Origin: Dehalococcoidia bacterium
Lineage (GTDB): Bacteria > Chloroflexota > Dehalococcoidia > Plut-88900
Assembly: GCA_965249275.1 (NCBI GenBank)
Contig: CBDFLQ010000007.1
Span: 480,001-544,000, forward strand
Reading direction: 5' to 3'
Length of the DNA stretch: 64,000 nt
Shown here: positions 1 to 11,192 of the stretch, one piece after another
Layout of the letters: each line of letters starts with the position of its first letter
Position numbering within the stretch: position 1 is the stretch's first letter
The notes under the pieces: model-generated
What the model was told of the DNA's origin: nothing
Seen by the model: the letters and a program-made list of their open reading frames with translations, nothing else
The model's database searches: none
Made by a program: the position numbers and the translations under genes

Positions 1-121
1 GCACAGGCCGAAACAGGTCTTCCGCAGTCCTGAAAGTCTTCCAAAAAACACACATCGATGCTACCATGTGGCAAGCGCGCCATAGTGCCATAGAGGTGCG
101 CGAATTTCATAAAATTATTAA

Positions 122-2251
<2,130 letters not shown>

Positions 2252-2293
2252 TTCCACCGGGTAATCGTAACGGACAGCTAATCGAAGCTACAA

Positions 2294-2324
2294 TGTGGGT
2301 GAGGGCTTTAGGCCCTCACCCACA
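2294..2324 (+). terminator. stem-loop after katG
   Basis: TGTGGGTGAGGGC / GCCCTCACCCACA 13-bp inverted repeat; weak U-tract. Confidence 0.6.
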
Positions 2325-2384
2325 AGTTCTGCCCTGGAACTCACGCTGAAGCACCATAGGAAGAGCTAAGCTGGGAGAAACCCC

Positions 2385-2987
2385 ATGACCACCTCCATAG
2401 ACATCCGCCCCGAGAAGCTCGCCCGGTTCGTAGAGGGCGTTGTGGAAGTCTCAAAGATGGGCCTGCCGCCAGAGGAGGCCATCGAGCGCATCTACCCCGA
2501 GTTCCAGCAGATGCTCGACTCCCCGGACTGGCTCGCCGACGAGTTCAAGGTGCCCCTCCCCGAAAAATTCGCCCAGTACCTGGTCCACCGGGAGGAGGAC
2601 AACTCCTTATCTGTAATGGCCATGGTCGTCCCCGCCGGTTGCACCACACCAGTACACGACCACCTGGCCTGGGGACTCGTCGGCGTGTACCAGGGCAGTC
2701 AACTGGAGACCGTCTACCACCGAGAGGACGACGGCTCGGACCCCGACCGCGCCCGCCTCACCCACGTCGCCACCAAAGTCCTGCGCGTCGGGGACATCAC
2801 CCGGCTCATCCCTCCCGACGGCGACATCCACAAGATCGAGACTATGGACAAAGACCAGCCTTCCATCTCGATACACATCCTGGGCAACGACATAGGCTGC
2901 CGTTGGAGACATGCTTTCGAGGTGGAAAAGGAAGTGGTGCTGGACTTCAGGTCGGGGTACGTGAACGCACCCTGCGAAGAGGACTAG
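2385..2987 (+). CDS. thiol dioxygenase (cysteine/3-mercaptopropionate dioxygenase family cupin)
   Basis: TPVHDHxAWG, GDIH and SISIHILG motifs. Confidence 0.85.
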   Translation: MTTSIDIRPEKLARFVEGVVEVSKMGLPPEEAIERIYPEFQQMLDSPDWLADEFKVPLPEKFAQYLVHREEDNSLSVMAMVVPAGCTTPVHDHLAWGLVGVYQGSQLETVYHREDDGSDPDRARLTHVATKVLRVGDITRLIPPDGDIHKIETMDKDQPSISIHILGNDIGCRWRHAFEVEKEVVLDFRSGYVNAPCEED

Positions 2988-3000
2988 CCCCGACTCGGCC

Positions 3001-3996
3001 TCACTGCAAGGCTATCGCGTAGGCATCGCCTACAACTGACAACCCTGGACCCGAGCTACCCCCGATAGAATAGGCAATGCCGTCCACCTTCGCGGTGGCC
3101 GCTCCATGCAGTGCCGAGGGAAGAGGCTGGTAGTTGTGCCACCGGGCGGCTTTTGGATCAAAGCTTTCGACTGAGTCCAAAGCCGTATCGATGTTTTCGC
3201 CGCCCAGAATGAAGAGACGCCCCTTGTGCTCCAGCGCGCCGATACTAGCCCGTCCGACGTTCAATTCCCGCACCTCGGCCCAGGCCCCGGTTGTCGGGTC
3301 CAGCGCCTCTACCAGGTCCAGGCTCGCGACTCCCGTCTCGTCCTTGCCGCCGATCACGTAGATCAGTCGACCCAAAGTCACAGCACTCATGTGGCTTCGC
3401 CCGGTCATCAAGGGAGGCCCTTCCGACCAGGAGTCCCACTCGGGCTCATAGATGTCTATTCGAGACGAGACCGCATCATCCTCCAACCCGCCGATCACGT
3501 ATATCAGGTCGCCGTATACTGTGGCCGTGAGCGCTCCTCGAGCGGCTGGCATTGGGGCAATCTCGCCCCACCAGTCCAACCGAGGTTCATAAAGATACAC
3601 TGCATCCGACGCCTCCCCCCTCCGCCCGGACAGCCCGCCGAACAGGTAAATCTTGTCTACACCATCAACGCTGAAATTGACTGCCGTCGCGTGATGCAGG
3701 CCCTTTGGCAAAGGCGCGGCGTCACTCCAACTGCTGGTACGGGGTTCGAACACTTCGACTTTTGTGGATGAACGACCAAGCTCGTCCAGGCCGCCAATCA
3801 CGTATATCCTGCCTCCGGCCTCTGCCACCGAGGCTGATGTGCGAGGGGTAGGAAGGTCCGGTATGGCAGCCCAACCCTGTTCGGTTACGGGGGTGCCGGT
3901 GGGGTCGGGGGTGGGGCTAGGGGATATGGAGACCGTATAGCACCCGGCTGCAACCAGGACACAGACAACGGCCAGTACAAGTAACCGGAATTTCAT
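3001..3996 (-). CDS. Kelch-repeat beta-propeller lipoprotein
   Basis: repeated IYVIGG...VEVFxP...W units; signal peptide MKFRLLVLAVVCVLVAAGC from ATG 3996. Confidence 0.85.
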   Translation of the reverse strand: MKFRLLVLAVVCVLVAAGCYTVSISPSPTPDPTGTPVTEQGWAAIPDLPTPRTSASVAEAGGRIYVIGGLDELGRSSTKVEVFEPRTSSWSDAAPLPKGLHHATAVNFSVDGVDKIYLFGGLSGRRGEASDAVYLYEPRLDWWGEIAPMPAARGALTATVYGDLIYVIGGLEDDAVSSRIDIYEPEWDSWSEGPPLMTGRSHMSAVTLGRLIYVIGGKDETGVASLDLVEALDPTTGAWAEVRELNVGRASIGALEHKGRLFILGGENIDTALDSVESFDPKAARWHNYQPLPSALHGAATAKVDGIAYSIGGSSGPGLSVVGDAYAIALQ

Positions 3997-4009
3997 CTTG
4001 CCTATGATA

Positions 4010-4043
4010 CCAAAAAGAAAGGGCCTTTCAATAAGAAAGGCCC
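4010..4043 (-). terminator. intrinsic terminator of the AOR operon
   Basis: GGGCCTTTC/GAAAGGCCC stem followed by TTTCTTTTT on the minus strand. Confidence 0.75.
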
Positions 4044-4070
4044 CCCTTTGGCTTGACCGGTTCAGATTCA

Positions 4071-4349
4071 TCAGCCGCCGTTGGCTCCCGGGTTCCGGGC
4101 CCCGCCCGCGAGGGGCGGAAACACGCTCACGACATCGCCTTCCTGTAGCAGTTTCTGTTCCCGCCATTCCTGTTCGGCAGGACAATGCTGGCCGTTGACC
4201 AGGGTCATGTGGGCCAGCTCAGCGGGAATTTCCAGCTTGGCGAGGACCTGCCAAAGGTTGGCGCCCTCCTCCAACTCCATCTCTCCCTTACCCGTGCCGT
4301 TGCCCATCCGGGCCCGCAGGCTGGCAAATAGCTTTATCTCTACTTTCAT
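4071..4349 (-). CDS. MoaD/ThiS-family sulfur carrier
   Basis: VEIKLFASLR start; LQEGDVVSVFPPLAGG; short extension ending in GG. Confidence 0.88.
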   Translation of the reverse strand: MKVEIKLFASLRARMGNGTGKGEMELEEGANLWQVLAKLEIPAELAHMTLVNGQHCPAEQEWREQKLLQEGDVVSVFPPLAGGARNPGANGG

Positions 4350-4354
4350 GGTAT

Positions 4355-5752
4355 CTACTCGGAACCCGAGTCAGCCTCCGGTATCCCGCCGACCAGTACG
4401 CCGTGCCAATCGGACACTTGCGTCTTGGCAGTGACGTTTTCGTGCCTGTAGCCTCGGTCTGCGGTCTCACCGCCGGTCAGGGTGCTCTTCAGCAGTCCCT
4501 CGGCGACCTTGCAGGCCACGTACGGCTTTCGCACGTCCAGCGGGTTCTCCTTTAGATAGCCCTTCCACTTGCCCAGGTGTGTGCCGGCCTGGATGAAGCC
4601 CTTGACCATGCCCACGTCGTTCAGCGCTCCGACGTCGGATGCCCGGCCTATCATCACCGCTCCCACTATCCGGTCCCCGTCCCACGACAGCCGCCGGTAC
4701 ACCGAGGTTATCGAACTTGAAACGACTATGGTGTCCGCATCGCTCTGCCAGTCTCCGAAGCTCGCTACCTGAAGCCCGACCGCATCAACCACGTTGAACC
4801 CGACGCTCCCGGCGTAGCTCACTTCGTGTCCGGCCATGTTGCACCCGGCCACCCTTCCATGCTCGAAAGCGGTGGGTTGAATTGCGTGAACGGCCTTGGA
4901 GTCGGAGTGGAGGACCGGGCCCTCTGCCACGTCTCCCGCTGCGTAGATCCCGTCCACGCTGGTCGCCATCCTGCCGTCCACAAGGATCCCCTGGCCCGTG
5001 GCAATCCCCGCGCCCGAGGCGAAGTCCATGTTGGTCCTGATGCCCGTGGCCATCACGACCGCGTCGGCTTCCATCTTGTCGCCGTTGCCCAGCTTCACGT
5101 CGCGATGACCGTCGTGCTCACCGATACTGGTCACGCTGGTCCCGGTAATGCACCTAACCCCGTTCTTCTCCAGCCACGCTTCCACTACTTCAGCGGCTTC
5201 GGCGTTGATCATTCTCGGCAATATGTGAGATTCCAGTTCAACGAAAGTGATTGTGTGCCCGCCACCGTGAAGGCCGTCCAGGATAATCAGGCCAATGAAT
5301 CCCGCCCCGACAATCACCACCCTGCTCCCCGCCGAGACACTAGACTTGAAGTTCCGGGCGTCTTCTATGTCCCACATGTTCTGCACGCCCGCCAGGTCGG
5401 CCCCGTCAATCGGGGGTCGGGTGGCGGAGGAGCCGGTGGCTATCAGCAGGTCGTCATATTCGACGGTCGAGCCGTCGCTCAGAGAAACCGACTTCGCCGC
5501 CGCGTCAATTCCCGTGACCTGTGCCCCGAACTTCGTCTCCACGTTCAGACCGGCAAAATAGCCGTCGTCGCCCGTGAATAATGCCTTCTCCTGGATGTCT
5601 CCGGCCAGGTAGTAGGGTAATACCATCCTAGAGTACGCCGGCTCATTGCCTATGAGTGTAATCGAGGAATCGGACTCGTGTGATCTGATCGTCTCGATTG
5701 CCCGGAGTCCTGCCGGTCCCGCACCTACGACTACGTGTCTCTTGTTTGCCAT
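4355..5752 (-). CDS. FAD/NAD(P)H-dependent oxidoreductase (AorC-like flavoprotein)
   Basis: VVVGAGPAG, LIATG, IVGAGFIG and IYAAGDVA motifs; lies in the AOR operon. Confidence 0.88.
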   Translation of the reverse strand: MANKRHVVVGAGPAGLRAIETIRSHESDSSITLIGNEPAYSRMVLPYYLAGDIQEKALFTGDDGYFAGLNVETKFGAQVTGIDAAAKSVSLSDGSTVEYDDLLIATGSSATRPPIDGADLAGVQNMWDIEDARNFKSSVSAGSRVVIVGAGFIGLIILDGLHGGGHTITFVELESHILPRMINAEAAEVVEAWLEKNGVRCITGTSVTSIGEHDGHRDVKLGNGDKMEADAVVMATGIRTNMDFASGAGIATGQGILVDGRMATSVDGIYAAGDVAEGPVLHSDSKAVHAIQPTAFEHGRVAGCNMAGHEVSYAGSVGFNVVDAVGLQVASFGDWQSDADTIVVSSSITSVYRRLSWDGDRIVGAVMIGRASDVGALNDVGMVKGFIQAGTHLGKWKGYLKENPLDVRKPYVACKVAEGLLKSTLTGGETADRGYRHENVTAKTQVSDWHGVLVGGIPEADSGSE

Positions 5753-5757
5753 TTCAC

Positions 5758-6048
5758 CTAACCTCCCGGAAAGCCTCTTACGCCGTGGTACAGCAGGGTT
5801 ACCCTGTCTTCCTTGTCCAACGGCGTTGCCATTCCGTCCAGGAACTTTATATTTCGGCCATTTACCAGTACTTCTACGTCCTCGTTAAGGTCCGACTCGT
5901 CGCCATCCAGGAACAGCAGCGATCTCAACTCGCTCCGACTCCCGTTCGATAACTCTACCAGAAGCCCCTGCACCCGTGGTTGGCTTATCTCTTCTTCTGT
6001 TACTTCCGCTAGCTCTCTCAGCTTTCCCAGATACTTAACCTTAGGCAC
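5758..6048 (-). CDS. MoaD/ThiS-like small ubiquitin-fold protein
   Basis: VLVNGRNI..LDGMATPL..EDRV; C-terminal PGG. Confidence 0.8.
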   Translation of the reverse strand: MPKVKYLGKLRELAEVTEEEISQPRVQGLLVELSNGSRSELRSLLFLDGDESDLNEDVEVLVNGRNIKFLDGMATPLDKEDRVTLLYHGVRGFPGG

Positions 6049-6064
6049 GATCTCTACGCAACAG

Positions 6065-7912
6065 CTAGGAGATGCTCAGCATTTCCAACTTAGCCTCTGT
6101 CGGCTTTCCTTCCTGGTCCCATCCCCGCAGGCTGTAGTATTCAGGCAGCATCTTGTCCAGCTGCCCGACTCTGCCCTTCGCCGGGTTACTATCGCCTGAT
6201 ATGGCATCCTTGAGGATACGGTCGGGCAGTGTGTCGTCGGCCTTGGTGAGTCCGGCCTTGAGGTTGAACAGCCTCTCCAGGTTCCAGACCCTTTCGCCTA
6301 TGGTGTTCATGTCGTCCATGGTGAACTCCAGGCCCGTTACCCCTTCCAGTAGCTTCCTTATGTCATCTAAATCGTTCCCTGCCGAAATAAAGAGGCACAG
6401 CCCCGTTGAATCATGTATCGAGTTTTCGTTCTGCAGGGACACGACCAGCTCGGCTTTGCCTTCTGGCGAACCGGGGTCCAGCTTATACGGCATACCGAAT
6501 ATCTCGGCCCCCGGCGTGAACGCCCGCAGGTGGTCGGCGCCCCGGTTGTTGGTCGCGTAGGCAAGGCTCATCCCGTTAAAGGCCCGTGGGTCGTATGCCG
6601 GGAACTCCTGTCCCTTGGAGCCCATGTGCACCCTTGGGTTCCCGTACTTGACCCCCATCCTCTTCGATCCCTCAGCAAGCGCATCCCCGATCCCTTCTCG
6701 ATAGCAGGTCTTTTCGACCAGGGACACCAGCGCATCCCCGCTGCCGAAGTTTATCTCCATGCCCGCTTCGCTGTCGGAGATGGCGCCCATCTCGTAAAGC
6801 TCCATCGCCGCCGAGATCGTTGCTCCCATCGAAATTGTGTCGACACCCAGGTCGTTGCACATCCAGCTCGCCTTGATCAAAGCGTCCAGGTCCGAAACCC
6901 CGCACTGAGACCCAAGGGCCCATGCCGTCTCGTACTCCGGCCCTTCGCCTGCCACCTTCCAGTTCCGCGGGTGTGTGTTCACCATGAACTTGCCCGCCGC
7001 TTCTCCGGGGAGGTGGGTAACCCGGCCGCATGCTATCGTGCAGCTGAAGCAGGCCTTGTTGGCTACCAGCCGATTGTCGGTCACAGCCTCGCCGTTTATG
7101 TCTTCCTCACCCTCGAATTGCGTTTCCAAGTGGTTGCGGGTCGGAAGCCCGCCCGTCTCGTTGATGATTCCCATGATTTCGAGGGTGCCGTACATCTGCA
7201 TCCCCATCACACCGGGATTATTCGTCAACTTCCCGTGCTGCGAACCAATAGCCTGCATCGCACGTTCCGCCGATGCAACCCGAACGCTCCCCGTGCCTCG
7301 CACGGCGATAGCCTTCAGGTTCTTCGAACCCATCACCGCCCCGACCCCGGAGCGGCCCGCAGCCCGGTGCAGGTCGTTCACTATGCACGCAATCCTTACC
7401 AGGTTCTCACCAGCAGGGCCGATACTTGCGATAACGCAGTCCGGCACTCCGGTCTGCGCCCTTATCAGGTCCTGAGTCTCCCAGACCGTCTTGCCCCAAA
7501 TACCTTCCGCCGGGAGGAGTCTTGCATCATCGTCGTAGACCCACAGGTACACGGGGCTCGGGGACTTCCCATGAACGATGACCATGTCATACCCGGCGAA
7601 CTTTAGCTCCGGGCCCCAAAAGCCTCCCGAGTTGGATCCCGCCATCCCACCGGTCAGCGGGCTCTTGGTCACCACCGAGTAGCGTGATGACGCCGACGCC
7701 CCCGTCCCGGTTAGCGGCCCCGTGGATAAGACGAGCACGTTATCCGGCTCCAAAGCATCGACAGTGGGGTCACGCATCTCTTCATACAGATACTTGGCCC
7801 CCAGGCCTCTCATACCCACGTACTCCCGGGCCCAGTCCATGTTCAGGTCTTCTTTCGCAACGACGCCGTTGGTCAAGTCGACCCGCAGGACTTTTCCGGT
7901 CCAACCGTTCAT
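6065..7912 (-). CDS. tungsten aldehyde:ferredoxin oxidoreductase family large subunit (copy 2)
   Basis: KSPLTG, SNSGG, AAGRSGVGAVMGSKNLKA, CxxCxxxC and EGPEYE motifs. Confidence 0.95.
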   Translation of the reverse strand: MNGWTGKVLRVDLTNGVVAKEDLNMDWAREYVGMRGLGAKYLYEEMRDPTVDALEPDNVLVLSTGPLTGTGASASSRYSVVTKSPLTGGMAGSNSGGFWGPELKFAGYDMVIVHGKSPSPVYLWVYDDDARLLPAEGIWGKTVWETQDLIRAQTGVPDCVIASIGPAGENLVRIACIVNDLHRAAGRSGVGAVMGSKNLKAIAVRGTGSVRVASAERAMQAIGSQHGKLTNNPGVMGMQMYGTLEIMGIINETGGLPTRNHLETQFEGEEDINGEAVTDNRLVANKACFSCTIACGRVTHLPGEAAGKFMVNTHPRNWKVAGEGPEYETAWALGSQCGVSDLDALIKASWMCNDLGVDTISMGATISAAMELYEMGAISDSEAGMEINFGSGDALVSLVEKTCYREGIGDALAEGSKRMGVKYGNPRVHMGSKGQEFPAYDPRAFNGMSLAYATNNRGADHLRAFTPGAEIFGMPYKLDPGSPEGKAELVVSLQNENSIHDSTGLCLFISAGNDLDDIRKLLEGVTGLEFTMDDMNTIGERVWNLERLFNLKAGLTKADDTLPDRILKDAISGDSNPAKGRVGQLDKMLPEYYSLRGWDQEGKPTEAKLEMLSIS

Positions 7913-7962
7913 CGGTATCCTATGCCTTTACAGATCCCGATAGTCCGTAAATCGGTCGGTCT

Positions 7963-9807
7963 TTAGAGGATTCCGAGTTGCGCCAGTTTGGCGTCCGTGG
8001 GATCTCCGTCCCGGGTCCAGCCCCTGAGGTCGTAGTACTCGGGCAGCATCTCGGACAACCGATTAACTCGACCCTTGGCCGGGCCTGCGGGAATGCCTTC
8101 GTTAAGCAGCCTCTTGGGCAGTGTGTCCTGGGCGCCCGGAATGCCGGCGTTGATGTTCCAGACCCGCTCCAGGTTGTAGATCCGCTCCCCGACTTCCATC
8201 AGGTCTTCCATGGAGTAGTCCATTCCCGTCGCTGCGTTGAGCTCCGGCTGTATGTCGTCCAGCCCGATGCCGAAGGTCAGGAACAGGCACAGCCCAGCGG
8301 CGTCCACCGTCGACGTGACGTCCTGGAATATCTTGGTCAGCCCCGCCTTCCCCTCCGTTACGGCAGGATCGGCCTGCTCAGGGATGCCGAACACTTCCGC
8401 GGCTATGGTGTAGGCCTTCAGGTGGCATGCGCCCCTGTTGGAGGTGGCGTACCCCAGCCCGATGCCCTGGAATGCCCGTGCGTCGTAAGCCGCGACTTCC
8501 TGACCCTTAACTCCTATGAACAGGTCCGGATGGCCGTACTTCTCGGTCATCCTCTTCGAGCCTTCAGCTAGCTCGTTGCCAAAGCCTTCCCGGAAGCAGG
8601 TTTTCTCGGCCATGGCGACCAGCACATCCCCGTTGCCGAAGTCCAGGGCCATCCCGGTCTCTTCCTGCGTGATAACGCCTTTTTCGTAAAGCTCCATCGC
8701 CGCTGCGAGGGTGCCGCCGTAGGATATCGGGTCGATTCCCAAGTCGTTGCAAATCCAGTTGGCCTTGATCAGTGCGTCCAGGTCCCCGATTCCGCAGTCG
8801 GCGCCCATGGCCCATGCTGCCTCGTACTCCGGCCCTTCACCCGACATCTTCCAGTTACGAGGAGTGGTGGTAACCATGTACTTGTCCGCTGCATCTCCGG
8901 GCAGGTGCGTCACCCGACCACAGGCAATGGTGCAAGCAAAACAGGCCTTGGGGCCCGTGAGACGGGTGTCGGTCATCGTCTCACCGCTAATCCCCTCGGC
9001 TTCGTCGAATTCGCCGTACTGGTGGTTGTTCGTGGGCAAGCCGCCGTGCTGGTTGATCACGTTGACCAGGATTGGGGTCCCGTAGGCTCGGAGACCCTCG
9101 CCGGTGACGGGAGACGCAGCCAGCTTTACCTTCGCCGCAAACGTCGATTCCATCATCGCCTCGGGCTTCGCCACTTGTACGGCGCCCGTGCCCCGCACAC
9201 CTATCGCCTTCAGGTTCTTGGAACCCATCACCGCCCCGACGCCGTTGCGACCCGCAGCCCGGTGCTTGTCGTTCATTATCGATGCGAACCGGACCATGTT
9301 TTCACCCGCAGGCCCGATGCTCGCCACTATAGCGTCCGGGACCGCCGTTTCGGTTCGGATCGTGTCCTCGGTCTCCCACACGCCCTTGCCCCACAGGTGG
9401 CTCGCATCTACGAGTTGCACGTCGTCATCGTAAATCCACAGGTAGACCGGGTTCGGCGATTTCCCGTTGAAGATCACCATGTCGTACCCGGCAAACTTGA
9501 GCTCGGGGCCCCAGTGTCCACCCGAGTTGGACGTGGTAATAGTCCCGGTCAGTGGGCTCTTGGTAACAACCATGTACCGAGCCCCGCACGATGCGTTGGT
9601 GCCGGTCATCGGGCCCGTGGCGAAAATCAGCTCATTCTCCGGGCTCAGGGGTTCGACCTTCGGATCCAGGTCCTCATATAGATATCTGGCTCCCAGGCCC
9701 CTCCCACCAACGTATTGGTGGGCCCATTCTTCATTCAGGTCTTCTTTTGTTATTGTGCCGGTGCTGAGATCAATTCGGAGCAGACGCCCCGACCATCCGT
9801 ATGCCAT
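7963..9807 (-). CDS. tungsten aldehyde:ferredoxin oxidoreductase family large subunit (copy 1)
   Basis: same AOR motifs plus RGACH and EYYDLRGW. Confidence 0.95.
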   Translation of the reverse strand: MAYGWSGRLLRIDLSTGTITKEDLNEEWAHQYVGGRGLGARYLYEDLDPKVEPLSPENELIFATGPMTGTNASCGARYMVVTKSPLTGTITTSNSGGHWGPELKFAGYDMVIFNGKSPNPVYLWIYDDDVQLVDASHLWGKGVWETEDTIRTETAVPDAIVASIGPAGENMVRFASIMNDKHRAAGRNGVGAVMGSKNLKAIGVRGTGAVQVAKPEAMMESTFAAKVKLAASPVTGEGLRAYGTPILVNVINQHGGLPTNNHQYGEFDEAEGISGETMTDTRLTGPKACFACTIACGRVTHLPGDAADKYMVTTTPRNWKMSGEGPEYEAAWAMGADCGIGDLDALIKANWICNDLGIDPISYGGTLAAAMELYEKGVITQEETGMALDFGNGDVLVAMAEKTCFREGFGNELAEGSKRMTEKYGHPDLFIGVKGQEVAAYDARAFQGIGLGYATSNRGACHLKAYTIAAEVFGIPEQADPAVTEGKAGLTKIFQDVTSTVDAAGLCLFLTFGIGLDDIQPELNAATGMDYSMEDLMEVGERIYNLERVWNINAGIPGAQDTLPKRLLNEGIPAGPAKGRVNRLSEMLPEYYDLRGWTRDGDPTDAKLAQLGIL

Positions 9808-9811
9808 GGCT

Positions 9812-10303
9812 TTAGCTCCCTTCTATGGATCGGGCGTAGTTTGCGTCCACCTTGTCACCCCAGGACCCCAGCCACGTCGCTTCCTCGATTTCGGTGAACT
9901 CAATGGCGTTAGTCGGGCAGGCCCTGGCGCAGGCGGGGTCTCCGCCGCACAGGTCGCACTTGACAGCCTTCTTGGTAGTCGGATTAAGAAACACCGTGCC
10001 GAACGGGCAGGCGATGACGCACAGCTTACATCCCACGCAGGTGTCTTCTATGACGATCTTTGCCTGGGTGTCGGGGTCTACGCCTATGGCGTTGACCGGG
10101 CACACCTGCAGACACCACGCCTCATCGCATTGGAAACAGGTGTACGGGCTATAGCTGGACTGCTCATCGAATATATGCACCCGTATCAGTGACTGGGACG
10201 GCTGGAATGTTCCAGTCTGCACCCACGAGCAAGCCAACTCGCATTGTATGCAGCCGGTGCATCGGTCAGGGTGTATTTCAAGCATCTTTATAGTGCTTCC
10301 CAT
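9812..10303 (-). CDS. 4Fe-4S polyferredoxin subunit (AorA-like)
   Basis: four Cys clusters (CTGCIQCELAC, CFQCDEAWC..VCP, CVGCKLCVIACP, KCDLC..CARACP); ATG 10303 behind GGAGG. Confidence 0.92.
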   Translation of the reverse strand: MGSTIKMLEIHPDRCTGCIQCELACSWVQTGTFQPSQSLIRVHIFDEQSSYSPYTCFQCDEAWCLQVCPVNAIGVDPDTQAKIVIEDTCVGCKLCVIACPFGTVFLNPTTKKAVKCDLCGGDPACARACPTNAIEFTEIEEATWLGSWGDKVDANYARSIEGS

Positions 10304-10383
10304 GCCTGCCTCCTTCAAGAAGGTACGCTATAAGGTAACGCGGGCTCATTTCACACCGGGCAATGCCCGATGGAGGGAGTTTT

Positions 10384-10412
10384 AGAATAGGGTTGACGGC
10401 AAGATTTGTCAA
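10384..10412 (-). promoter_or_regulatory. sigma70-type promoter of the AOR operon
   Basis: minus-strand TTGACA-17 nt-TATTCT, overlapped by a TTGAC-N10-GTCAA palindrome. Confidence 0.6.
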
Positions 10413-10518
10413 TGAAATCCAGTCTGTTTTACCTTTTGCAAGCGAACATTATGTTGAGTATTCTCGGTGTTTAAATATTTGTTGCTCATCATTGGCTGAT
10501 GGAAGTCGTTTTGCAATG

Positions 10519-10548
10519 TTGACAAGCAACAAATGTGTTGCGCATACT
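10519..10548 (+). promoter_or_regulatory. hicAB-1 promoter with operator palindrome
   Basis: TTGACA-18 nt-CATACT; GCAACA-AATG-TGTTGC in the spacer. Confidence 0.7.
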
Positions 10549-10554
10549 TAATTC

Positions 10555-10743
10555 ATTGACGCCAATGAACTAAGACGCTGGCTGCAAAGACAAGGATGTA
10601 CGTTCGAAACTCATAAAGGCGGTAGTGGTCACTTAACAGTTCGCCTTGGAGACAGGACTTCTCAGTTGCCTATGCATGGCGCCAACAAGGAACTCGGGCG
10701 CAAGCTGGTCGCCAAGATCAAGAAAGACCTGGGACTGAAGTAA
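10555..10743 (+). CDS. hicA: HicA-family mRNA interferase toxin (not in the ORF track; ATT first codon)
   Basis: (I)DANELRRWLQRQGCTFETHKGGSGHLTVRLGDRTSQLPMHGANKELGRKLVAKIKKDLGLK; stop overlaps hicB start (TAATG). Confidence 0.85.
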   Translation: MDANELRRWLQRQGCTFETHKGGSGHLTVRLGDRTSQLPMHGANKELGRKLVAKIKKDLGLK

Positions 10744-11180
10744 TGCTCGATTATCCTATAGAATTGCAAGACGACGACGCCAGCGTATTGGCCACATCCG
10801 TTGATTTCCCGGAGTTCACTACTTTTGGTGAGGATCGCACAGACGCCAAATCACGTGCTCTCGATGCACTGCAGGAAGCTATAGCCGCCCGTATCCACGA
10901 CCGCCGCGACATCCCTCTCCCCTCCCCCGGCGGCAACGTACGCATCACCTTACCCACCCTCACCGCGGTTAAGGTCATCCTGTATCAAGGCATGAGAGAT
11001 CAAGGGATCAGTAAAACCGACTTGGCCCGCCGTCTAGGGTGGCATCTCCCACAGGTCGACCGAGTACTGAACGTCAACCATAACTCCCGTCTCGACCAGA
11101 TGGATGCCGCATTACAGGCTATAGGTTGCCGCCTAAGTGTGAGTCCTGTATCTTCACCTCCGGAACTTATACGGGCTTAG
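10743..11180 (+). CDS. hicB: HicB-family antitoxin with C-terminal HTH
   Basis: YPIEL..DFPEFTTFGED..DA....DAL; SKTDLARRLGWHLPQVDR. Confidence 0.9.
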   Translation: MLDYPIELQDDDASVLATSVDFPEFTTFGEDRTDAKSRALDALQEAIAARIHDRRDIPLPSPGGNVRITLPTLTAVKVILYQGMRDQGISKTDLARRLGWHLPQVDRVLNVNHNSRLDQMDAALQAIGCRLSVSPVSSPPELIRA

Positions 11181-11192
11181 TGTTGCGATCCA

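Noticed and set aside
100-121. Fur/PerR box upstream of katG
   Set aside because: AT-rich, but no convincing palindrome.
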